Below are positions 1 to 11,800 of a stretch of 64,000 nt of DNA, piece by piece. The stretch's first letter is position 1, and each line of letters opens with the position of its first letter. This DNA is from Amoebophrya sp. A120 (lineage: Eukaryota; Protista; Dinoflagellata). Position numbers and translations under genes: made by a program. The stretch lies in assembly GCA_905178155.1 (NCBI GenBank), contig CAJINV010000002.1, positions 9,740,650-9,804,649 of the forward strand, written 5' to 3'. Below the pieces are notes generated by a model. That model saw only the letters and a list, made by a program, of their open reading frames with translations, was not told where the DNA came from and made no database searches.

Positions 1-3000
1 GTTCCTTCAATCCGGACGCAATCACGGCGGAGTGCAAACAGCAAAACACTTGTTTGGCGCACGGGCCTGACGACTGCACCAAATGGCGGGACCTGCTGGA
101 CGCCAGGCAGAAAGCGAAATCTTTAGATGTGGACTTGTTCCAGGACGTCGTGTGTGCACCCGGATACTGCCACATGAGCGGGTTCTGCACCGGCCTGCAC
201 CGGGGCCTGATGTTCCAGGTGGCGGGCAACATGGGCAGCGTCAACGAGCGCATCTCGTGCTGCAACTATCTCGTCGAGCTGCAAGTGCTGCCGCCCTACT
301 GTGCGCCCTACGACGACAGTAGATTTGGGCTTGACATCGTCGATTTTTGTGCGCAAGAAGACGGCGACGAGAACGGCGACGCTCTGGTGATGACAAAAAA
401 CGGGAGCTGGCTCAAGAGATTTGACGAAACGCCGATTGGGCAAATGGACTCGTTTTTGGAGGAACAGGAGACATCAAGTAGCGCGAAGACAAAAAAAGCA
501 AAAAACGAGGACGACAATGAGGACCCGTTGAGCCCCATGACTTATCTGAACCCGGAGACGAACCACGTGAAGATCCGGCTTGCGCCGGTCTCGATTATGG
601 ACAGCAAAAACGCGAACCTAGACCCGAACGACCCGACTGACCCTTTGCATGCGAGGCACCATCTTTTGCACCAAAACTTCTACCACGGGCGTCAGCCCAC
701 CATTGCCGAGCTGGAGCAGGCGCACCTGCACATGAAAACCCAATTCGACGACGAGGCGCTGCCAACGGTGCTGGAATTACAAAAGGACTTGGCCCTCGAC
801 AGCCCTCCAGCGCATCCAGCGGAACGCAACACGATTCTGGGCGTCGGCGACGGCAAAATGGTCTTTGTCCAGCGCCCCGTCGAGTGGTCGCTCACGCGCG
901 AGGACGAGGATAGTCCCTGGCAGTGTAAGCAGCTCATTGTGGGGAGGGAGAGACCGGTCGTTGGCGAGTTGCATGCGGTGGGTCAGACGAAAAGCCCTAC
1001 CAGCGAGGATGATTTCGTTGTCTCTGCGGAGCACAACGAGGGCAAGACATCAAAGCAGACTGCTGATCTGATTCCCGACTCGCTGAAGCAGCGGCAGGCG
1101 CGGGGCATCAGAGCGACGTCGCACATCAGCTGCGACGAAGAAAAGTTGTTTCACAGCAACCAGCACATGCTGCCAACCGGGAAAGGATTCGATTTACAGA
1201 ATTACAACCCGACGGAGCCCTATTGTCGCAGCAACGGAAGGACCGACGCCGATGGCTGGGTGCGGAACAGTGCGATCAGCAAGGTGGTGCCCGTGAAAGC
1301 CGACTGGGCCAGTGTCGGAGCTTTCTTCGCCGACCCGAAAATGCCGACCGACACGGTAAAAGCCACTCTCAAGGTCGACTGGCTCGTGAACAAACCGCGC
1401 AGCAAGGCGACTTTGTGCATCATCAATTTCCGGACGCGGTCCGTGGAAACCGGCTTAGAGCACCTGGATTTGGAGAAGCAAGAGCAGCTGGAGAAACAGA
1501 TGATGGACAATCAGGCTGCTGCTGGGGTGCCGCAATTTTCTCCTTATCCTTCGGCAGCCCAGATCGAGATGGCCAACAGTCCGTTCATTTCTGCGGAGGA
1601 GCGGGAAAAGGCGCAAGAGATCAAGAAGAACTGCTTCGCGGCCGTGCACTATGTGAATGAGATCCACATGGCCACCATGTTTGTCGAAAACGACGAGAAC
1701 GACCGGCCGGACAACTTCAGCCCGGGCGACCCGTCGGTGAAACTCCGGACCGAGTCGGACGCCGTGCTGGAAAAAGAGATGGCGCGGAAGGCGAAAGTGG
1801 AGTTTTTGAAAAAGGAGGTGCAGTGGAGTCTGTTCCCCTGGTTCGACCAAGCTGAGTACACGAACGACAATTTCAAGTGCGAAGTCGCTTGTGACATCAT
1901 CCCGGAATGCATCCTCTATTCCTACCACCCGGACGAGCTGGGGGACCACGAGCACTCTTGCCGGCTGTACGGGAAGGGCGTGGAGATCACGAAGATGCAG
2001 CCGCCGCTGGAGTTTGAGTTTACCACGAAAAACGACGAGATTATGCCGCAGGAGTACCCGACGTCCGTTGTCAGGTCCTCGCAGTGCGTGCGGCGCTTGT
2101 GTGACCTCGTGGAGCGCGCGGAGAACATTGTGGTGGGGCAGAATTTCCTCACGGAGGGCTCGGCCTTCGAGAAGTTGGACTGCGCACGCCCGGTCGACTG
2201 CCAAATGTCGGGCTGGACGACCGAGGACGTCGAGGCGACCGCCGCCGATGCCGCCGATTTGGAAAAGTACGCCGTGCCCGAATCCTGGACCAACTCCGTG
2301 CTGATTAAGTGGAAGCGGTCGTGGTGCAGCGAGATCGAGGAGCGCATGCAGTTGCTCGGCGGCGGGCCCCTTGGGCGGAACTACATCTTGCACACGGTAA
2401 ATGCCACGGACAATATGTCCCGGCCCGCGGAGCTGCTGAAGCGGCTGCAGGCCGGAGAGATTGCGTTCACCCGCCCGCAGGACGAAGACGACCACGAGGG
2501 TCTGACTGAGCAGTTCCGCGAAAAGATTTCGCTGAACCCGAAGGCCGACAGCGACCTGGCCTGGTCGTTCAGGGATGAGACGCCGAATGCGCGCATCTGC
2601 CGCATTCTGTGCGATCTGGTCGACAGCTGCACCGCCTACACCCACGATAAGACGGCCGAACTTTGCGATCTGAAGGACCGCAGCCTGGTGCGCGACTCGA
2701 TTGCGTACCCGCGAGCCGACGCCTGGGTCGCTGCAAGTGCGGCGGAGAAAGAGGAGTACAAGCGGAAAAAGCTGGAATGTAGGAAAAAAGTTGCAGCGTG
2801 CGGGGACGGGAAGTATCTGCTAGACTCCGCGACCAAGTATGGCGACACCGTGTCCTCTGGCTTCTGCAAGACCTACACGCCAGTCGTCGGCACGGCGCGC
2901 ACCAAGCACTACCCGTGCAGCGCCTCCTGCGCCCCGGGCGGTTTGGTGAAGGAAACGCGGCACGTCCGCGTCTTCCCGAAAAACGGCGGCCATGAGTGTC

Positions 3001-4644
3001 CAACCGAACTGGAGCGCTTCCGGCCGTGCAACACGCACGTGCCGTGTCCCCCGGTTCTCGCAAGTCATCTACAAGCTGAAACTGCTCCTGGCACAACGAC
3101 TTTATTCGGCAGCTCGGTGGACGACTCTGCGTCGCAAAATGAAGCCCAAACTGGTCCGTACGACGGGGCGGACTGGGGGCCCGTGAGCGCCGACGCCGTT
3201 GCGCCAGCTGGCCAGCAGCAGGAAAGCACGGCCCCGGCCTCTTCCAAACAGAACAACAGGGATTCCGCACCAATCCCGCCACTCACACGACAGGGGATTT
3301 ATTCTTACGGCTCGGTGTTCGGCGATTCCGATGGATTGCTTAAGCTGGGCGTGGAGCTCGCGGCCAGGTCCCCGCGGTACCGCGCCGACGAAGCTGTTGT
3401 GGAGGTGAAGCTGGTCCCGCAACTAGACCTCTTGACGCGAAAGAAAGACGCACCTGATACCGGAATGGCGCGGCCACAACTGAATGACTTGAAAGTGGAC
3501 ACGCTCAAATTCCTAACTTTTGACGTGCACGAACAGTTCCCGGCGGAGCACGCTAATAGAAAACTGATGGAACAGCAGGAGCGCCACGCGGGGAAGGAAG
3601 GCCACGAATTTTACGTGCGGAAAAAAGCAGAAAACGAACTACACCATCAAGGCAGACACACTACAGATTTCTCTTCCGGTTCATTCCAAAACAATAATGA
3701 TAATCCTTTTCACTTCGAGCACGCAGCTGCACAGAATGAGTTTTCCCCATACGCCCCTGGACGAGATTTTCGTGCGGGCCAGCTGCAAGACGCCGACTAC
3801 GATGGCGTCAGGGATGTGTACGAAGTATGAACTGCAAAAGTATCGTACTAGTAGTACTTGCAATACAAATTAGCTCAGCATGACAAATGGAATTCGTAAT
3901 GCTGTTTTACCTTGGGACGGAGATTTGTAATGCATGATTGCGATTAGGATTACTACGATTTTTTTGCACAGGATACGAAGAAAAGCACTACAAAGTCACG
4001 GAGGAAACGAACCCGATGGTATCAAATGTAAAAATGTCTGGGTCTGGAAAAATGCAAGTTTGTCATGCTTGTCTGGCATGACTCTTAAATCTGTCATGCA
4101 CATTACCAAAGAGCCCCACTTTTATGTCAAGCAGAAACGAAGTTTGTCATACAGAATAGGCAACACCTAGAAGCTCAGAAACTTGTCATGCTGAGCCAGC
4201 AATTGCGGCCTCCTCATGATATGCCACACAGCATCACAAATTTCCAGACCCAGACATTTTTACATTTGATAGATGGCGGGCGGATACTATGCGGGCGACC
4301 CCGTCTTGGACATACGCGTCGTTGTGCCGGAGGGATACACCTGTGAAGTGGGACGGGCGGATGCGGACGCAATGCCGGATCTGGACGACGAAACGCGGAA
4401 GACCACGTTCAATACTGCAGCTACCACTCCTCCCTCGTCGTCCCTGGCACAGAAGCAGTACGAGAAAATACATACCAAACAGCTTCATGGGGGAAAAGAC
4501 GACGGCACAACAACTTTTGTTGCTGGAGGCGGGGAGGTTTCTGTAGGAGAAAAAACTCCTGGTCCTGCCGTCAGTACTTTACTTGCGGAGCGGCTGCCGA
4601 AGGAGCATCTTTCGTCCAGGAAAGATAGCAACCAACAAGATTAG
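1..4644 (+). CDS. Paralog 1 of the tandem metalloprotease/PAN-apple/split-TSP1 family, 5'-truncated by the window. Exons <1-3825, 3981-4019, 4277-4644.
   Basis: The frame is open from base 3. It shares blocks with paralogs 2 and 3 (KWRDL, VNERxxCC, HPxERN, EVxxSLxxWFD, VRRLCD, VDCxxSxWxT, CSAxCxPGG...PKNGGxxCP, LTFD). Removing two introners gives DVYE|EKHY and NPM|AGGYY...LDIRVVVPEGYTC, which matches FDIQxVLPEGMxC in the paralogs. The HExxH region lies outside the window. Confidence 0.85.
3826..3975. mobile_element. Introner, family C (150 bp), DR CGAAG
   Basis: Imperfect TIR TATGAACTGCAAAAGTATCGTA...TACGATTTTTTTGCACAGGATA. DR at 3821-3825 and 3976-3980. Similar to 43193-43340. Removal restores the frame. 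Confidence 0.85.
4020..4271. mobile_element. Introner, family A (252 bp), DR GATGG
   Basis: TIR TATCAAATGTAAAAATGTCTGGGTCTGGAAA with an exact complement at the right end. DR at 4015-4019 and 4272-4276. Close copy at 53496-53747. Confidence 0.95.
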
Positions 4645-5861
4645 ACCGGCAGACTTTTGAAAACTAAAGATTGCATGTAAGATGTGCTTCGTGCAGCGGA
4701 GGAATACGAAGAGGAGACGAGTGTGCTCCTTTGATATGGAGTATCCTCTATTGTCGTAGTTTGCGCGGTTCTTTCATCTGTTTGGCCAGAAATTATCCGA
4801 AAATTTGAATCCGAGGAAAATCATGGAAGAATCATGTCCCCGATCTTTACACTCAGTGTCAGTTTCTGTTTCAAATTGTATCATGCATGCAGATTACACA
4901 ATCTCATTCTCATAGGCACAAGTAGCACTCCCTACTTGGAGAAGAATTTGCGGCCGACCGACGCGGTCTGTTTGGGAGGTCCTGAGCAGCGTATTTTTGT
5001 TGCAACAAGTCTAGGACTCCTCGTCGTCGTCTTCTACGTATCGTGCTCTATGGTGATGGTCGTTAGACGAGTACTCGGGATAGGTAACCGTATATCTACG
5101 ACACGTTGCTTTTCTGTTGCACATGTATGCAGGTTGAACGGTATCAGTTATTCATGGTCTGGAGCATCATTTCTGTACGTAGGTACCAACAAAACATTGG
5201 AGACTTGTTATCTGTTGCTTGCTGTTGGAGGCAAGCTTCACGTCGCAGAAGTATAATTTCTCAGAGCGATTGTTTCAGTGCGTACACGTTACATATGATG
5301 AAAGCTATGCATGAAGTGAAATTTTCGTTGTCACAATTCGTGTGGTGTCCGACGCGGGTTTCAGGCGTATTGTCGGGTCGCTTGATACAACGAAGGGATC
5401 GTTTTACTGTGGCCCAATCCAACTCCATTTAAACGTGAAAATCCCAGGGCACCTGTCTGTACATCGTGGCTGTGCCGTCGGGTCGTTGTCGTCGTGAAGA
5501 TAAGTACTTGCTTTTCTAGATAGCATGAGTCATGATATTTCAGCAGTCTGCGTATCGCTTGCGACATTCGTTTCTTTTCCCAGACTCCACGCCATCGGAA
5601 TAAATCTAAATCAATGTATTTTTGTTGAGACTAGTAGAGAATCATACCGTGGTCCACGGTGATTGACGAAAATAGGAGAACCGTAGACTTATCGCCCCGT
5701 CATGGGCACCATGCATGGTTTTTTTGAAGGCTGCAACCCCATTAAGTTTAAGGTCTCTCTTTCTCTCTTGTGTATGTTGATTGCGTACGGCCAGTGTGTA
5801 AATTAAGAGATCCAGGTCTTAATTCGGCCCAAGGACCAGGTATACACAAATATTTTAGAAA

Positions 5862-8800
5862 ATGTCCAGTCCTCGCTCTGCCCTGGTGCGCGAGGGAAAC
5901 AAGAGACCTCTGTTCTCCATGCTCTTCCGTCTTATCCGGGGTCGTGGTCAGCTTCTACTTCATCCTCTCTCGGTCATTTGCTTCTTTTGGTGCCTTCGCT
6001 TTACCTCAGCCGCCCAGAACCAGAACGACACTTCCTCAGGCCGCAACCAGAAAAATGAAACGTACCAGGTGGAGGATGTAACATTAGGAGGAGGCGCAGG
6101 CGCAAAGGGAGACGAAGGGGGTAAGCCTAAGCTAACGCTAACCCCTGGGCCTGCTTCCGCGTGCTGCAGTGACGCGGCACCGACGGACGAACAGGAAAAC
6201 TTGTACTACAATGAAAAATGCCCCCTCCCCATATCAAAACGGAAATCTGTGATGCAGATTTGTGGTCACAAATCAGCTTTGTGGTGCTAGAAGGCAAAAG
6301 ATGCGGACTGTAGTACTGTCGAGCGTGGGAAAGCCTTGCAGCTCCAGGATGACAGGAGGCCACTGGAAGTGGGAAACAGCATGACAGATTACCTGCAATT
6401 CAGGCCGCAGCTTCGTCTCTTGGCCTTCTAGCATTACAAGTCGATTTGTGTACTCAAATACAGCATCACAAATTCGCGCATCTTCCGTTTCCGATATGGG
6501 GTGGGGGCTTTTTTCACTTTGATAACTTGAAAAATGTGTTCAAGCCCGAGCCTCCTCCGACATTTCCTCCCTCAGGCAATGATACGATGCTTCCTGCCTC
6601 CGGAGGTAGGGCAGATAAACTGCTATCACAGAGAGTCAGAACGAAGGACTACGAAAACAGGGCAACCACCGCGTTGGAAAGCTGTATCCCACTCTCCGCA
6701 AAGAAACCCGCGGAGGAGGCGATTAATCTGATCTTTCTTCCCGACGGCTTCCACGAATTCGGGGAGGCGGGCAGGCTTGATTGGCTCAAAACAGTGTACG
6801 CCTATTTTGATGGCTTCAAAAGAGTCTCGGCCTACGACGCGGACATGGTTTGGGGATTGAATCTGTTTTACGTGGACAAGCAGATTGACGTTCTCCCGAG
6901 TCGGCTGAAAGGCACGCCCTACCGCCACTGCGACATCATGGAGGGGTATGCAAGAAAAAAACTGTGTAAGTGTAAATTTGTGTTGCAGAAGATGCAACAG
7001 AGTTACACCTGTCATGCCAGACAGCCATGAAGTCCTATTTTCATGAGTGTTTTCCCTTACAAACCATGCATGACAGGTTCAGCGGAAATTCAAAAGATTG
7101 CGGAAATTCAAAAGAAATTCAAAAGAAAATCAAAAGAAATTCAAAAGAAAATCAAAAGAATGACGGCAATCGGCACGCGGTTTTGTGCCGCGGTGTCGGA
7201 GGTTTTGCAGCATGCACGCACAAACAGTATTTTTGGAAGCGGAGGGGGGGTGCGGGACCCCCATCAAGTCGTCGCGGCGCGAAGCCGCAAATCCTTGGGC
7301 CACGTCTACCACCAGAAGTATTCCGCCCGGGGGCCGCTCCATGAATCCATGAATCCACGCGAGAAGTTTTGCAAAAAAAAAAAAAACCATGCATGACAGG
7401 TTTTCTCTGTCATGTAGAGCAAATTTGTGATGCTGTTCCTCAAAGAAAGTTACACTTACACACTTTTTTTCCTGGATAAGGGCCGGCGCATCTGGTGTGG
7501 CGACGTGGCCATGTGGAACCGGTGGGCCGCGAAGAACTGCGGCACCGGGCTGTACCAAATTTTGTTCGTGATCGCGAATTCCGAAGAGTACCGGGGCACC
7601 GCGCTGGTCAAATCGCACTTTTCCATGGGCACCATTGCGAAGGGGCGGTTTGTCCCGTTGGGTATGCACGAGCTGGGCCACGGGTTGTTCGGCCTCAAGG
7701 ACGAGTATTCCTACACTACCGTGCCGATCAACGTGCCCAGGAACTCCCCGAACTGCGACTACTGCGAGCTCACCGGCCCGGAGACGGAGCGGACGCTGGT
7801 GCCAGGCCCGAACAACTGCAAACGGTGGAAGGACTTGATTGACCTCCGCGAAGAAAATGGCGTGACAACGCTGGACGGGGTCGAAAATGATGCGATCTGC
7901 CATCCCGGGCTGTGTCACAAGGGGAAGTACTGTGCGGGCCACGAGCAGTCGATGCTGCAGAAGCTGCGGAAACCGCTCGGCATTGTCAACGAACGGCTCA
8001 CCTGCTGCAAGTACGTTGCGCTGCTGCAAGTCATCCCGGATTACTGCACCAAGTTCCAACGACCGGGGCTGCGGGACCTGAAGGAGCTGTGCACAACCGG
8101 TTGGACCTCGGCGGATGGAGGTCCGCGCACCCTCAAGCGATGGAACAACGCGTATTCGGAGGAAAAATCCCCCCTCCCCATATCGAAAAGGTATGTTTCC
8201 GAAAATTTGCGTTGCTGATTTGAGGTCACAAATCACGTCTGTCTTGCAAGAAGACAAGCGCAGAGGCTTCCGCACCATTATGGAAGCGATTTGGCACGCT
8301 GTTGCGCCTAGGGGACACCCGTTTGCAATGCTAAGCAACTAGACCTATACGCCCCTACCTAGGCCGAGGATCTGACTGCGATGCCCTTCTGCAAGACAAA
8401 TCCGATTTGTGTACCAAAATCCTGCATCACAGATTTCCACTTCGATATGAGGAGGGGGGATTTTCCCTTTTGATAACGCGGCGGACGGCGTACGACTGGG
8501 AGGCGGGTCAGCGGGTGGCAAGGGTTCTGCAAAGAACAAAAATGAAAAAGAAGATACAGCTACCCGAAGTAGTGAACAAGAAGAAGACGAGGAATCCGAG
8601 GCTCCATCCCGCTTTGACGACGACGAAGTTAACATCATGCCGGTCCGCCTGGGTGGCGCTGAGCCTCCTGGGCTGCAAGAAGAGGGTTCGCAAGCCCCGC
8701 TGCCCGACGAACAACAAGAAGTCGGGGCGCCGCCGATTGGGGAAGCAGACCGCACCTTCCTGGATGATCAGTTGCACGAGCTGAGCTACCTCGGGCTGCA

Positions 8801-11800
8801 CACAAGCAGAAAATACACAGAAGGCTCTGAGGTTATCCCTGCTGGGACGACCGTTCTGGACGACGAAGACTTTGTTTTCGATGTTGTCGGTAGCACCAGC
8901 ATGACACCGTCCTCAGAAAGCGGCGATCCTAAAAAGTCCTCCTCAACCAACAGCGGTCTGCCGCCCGCGCCGCCGAAGAAAGGTGGCGACACGATGAAAA
9001 AACCAGCGCTGAAGACGGTGCTCGACCTGCAGAAGGAGCTGCATCTAGCGCGTCCCGTGTCGCACCCGCTCGAGCGCAATCTCCTGCTGAACCGGGACCC
9101 AGAAAAAAGCCAAGAAGAAAAGTTCGCGCTCGTCCCGAACCCGGCGGAGTGGCGGTTGTGGCGGAAGGACGTGCGGTCGGAGTGGCAGTGCGAGCGGTTG
9201 TTTGTGAGCGACAGGGTTCCCATCGTCGACGCGCTGTACGAGCGCGCCGCTGTGACGGAGCGGGATTTAAGCAAGCCGGTCAGCCAGCGGACCGCGCGCG
9301 GCATTGTTCAGCCGGAAGTCGATAAAGACGAGATCGAGGAGCAAAAAGCGGATTTGCTCCTAGGCCCGGCCGTGGCTGTCGCAGCCCCAGCACGAGAAGA
9401 CGCAGCTGCGTCCGGCACTGAAGACAAAACGAACAGTGCCTTTGCGCTCTACACTGCAGGAAAGCCCTACTGTTGGCAAAAGGGGTACGGCACTCGGTAC
9501 GTTAGCCGGGACGGGGGCCCTGCGCGCGACGCGTGGGTGAGGAACTGGAGAAATAAGAGACCATGGAAACCTGCCACTGAAGTGGTACTTGCCAATGACG
9601 ATGGAGGGGCTGCGGTCGGAAATCAAAATCATGCTGGATTCCTGTGCAGAATCGACAACTTCAACGAAAACTTGATTTCGCTAGGCAAAGACTCGAATCT
9701 GTTTGCGGCGTGCGCAGACGCGCTCGAGTATGTCAACAGAGTTGGCGAGCTGCTGAATCTGCCATCCGGATTTGCGGGTGACCACCTCCCAGACGAGCCA
9801 ATGTCCACTTCGTCGGCCTTTTTTGAGAAAGAAGTGAAGTTTTCGCTCCTTACCTGGTTTGACGAAGAGAATTACAACCAGGGGGCCGAGTGGAAGTGCG
9901 AGGTGATGTGCGACATGGTAAGTAGCTGTGTGATGTACCAGTTCGGCCTAGATGATGGGGCGGGTAGAACTTCTGGCTCCGGAGGAGGTGGTTCTTTACC
10001 GACGAGTGGGAAGAATGAGAGGCTGACCTGTACGCTGTACGGCACCGCTGAGCAGAGCAGAGGGATTGTTGATGAAACCGTCGCGGCACCAGATCATGAT
10101 GGTTCTGACCACGATACGACCACTGCACCTCCAGTGGCAGCCATCTGTGTTCGCCGGCTCTGCGACGTTCTCGACGATGAAACGTTGAGCGAGGCGGCAA
10201 AAGTAGCCAAGGTGTTTGACTTTCTGACCACCGCAGAACGAGCAGATGAAAGCAAAGCTCCGCTTGACGTTTTCCACGAAAAGTACTGCGAAGTGAAGGT
10301 AGACTGCGAGGTCAGCGAATGGTCCACGAAAATTCACTCTCCGCAGTCGGCACTCACAGCTGGCGCTGCGGCAGGAGGAGGTGGATCATCTGGAGGAATG
10401 CTATCGTCTTCGCCGTCCGCGGCTCCTGCAACTATTCTCAATAACGCCACTCGTACTGTGCCTGCTTTCATCACCGCCGACCCAGCTCGCTACGCAAAAG
10501 CCTGCACCATCGAGCGCAGCACGGTGTTCCGCAGCAACCTCGGAAGCTACCTCATCTTAACCGAGCAGTCCAGCGAGTACAAAGACGAACCCGAAAAGCT
10601 GACACTGCAGGAGTGCAAGACGCGGTGCGAACAGGACTTGCGATTTTGCGACGCCTACACCTACTGGTTGCTTCCCGATCAGCATCCGCTCGAGGACCCA
10701 TCTGGGGCAGAAATCACCGTCGGAACAGAAACAATCCCCGACAAGCTCAACCACCGACGCGAGTGCCGACTATTTTCGAAGCTTGTGCAAGACAGCGGGA
10801 CCCCGGGAGGAAGTTCTTCTTCAGCACTAGCGACACTGTCCCCCATCCCGCTGACCGAAAGGGCTGGGGAAAGGTCTCCGGTCATTTACCGCCGAAACGC
10901 CCGGCGGTTTACGAGCGGAAGCTGCGCAGTTGTCGACAAGAACAGAATTTTAGAAACCATAGCCGGGGGCATTCACCAATCCAGCCCGAGCGACTTTTCT
11001 TTTCCCACGAACGTCCAGGTGAAGCTGCTACGCTGGACCCCGTTTTTACACACGGACTACTACTTGCGAGCAGATGGGGACTTGGAGGCAGTGCATGAAG
11101 TAGCGGACAAAAATTCGATCGTGCCGTCAAGAAGAAGAACTAGTACAACTCCATCAACAAAGCGCTGCTCCATGGAGGAGATGACAGACTTTTATCCTTA
11201 CGGGGAAGAGGATCTTTCCTCACCGCAAGCGGTCTTCGGCGTCGACGTCGAGCTGGCCCCCGAGGTCCTGCTGGCGCGGTTGCAGGACGAAAACGACAAC
11301 ACCCTAGCGTTCCCGCGTGAAGAAGACGCGCGGGTGCGCAAAGAGCTCGCGCGTTCGGTTTTTCGAAACATGGAGGTGGACGCGGAGGCGAAGGGCACGC
11401 ATTTTGTCTTCAAAGATAGAAACAAGCACGCGCGGGGGTGCCGAATCATTTGCGAGCTGGTGCGAAAATGCAGCACCTACGTCCACAACTTTCAAGGGCC
11501 TCGTCCAATATGTGTTCTGAAGCCAATTAGCGCAGTGGCAAAGCCCCACTGGTTCCCGCCTAGTAAAAATGCAGGGACGTCGGATCCCTGGGAGACAGCG
11601 AATCCAAGTCTGGAACAAATTGACGTTTACCACACATACGGGACCCACGCGGACTTAGACTACACCACGAAAGACCTCCACAAGAAAATCTGCTTTGAGA
11701 AACTCGAGCCCTGCTGCGATGATTCCTGTACCGACAACTCGCCCGGTGGTCACCCGCCGAATGCGCTGGGAGCGATCGCAGCTGCTGGTGCTGTTCCTGC

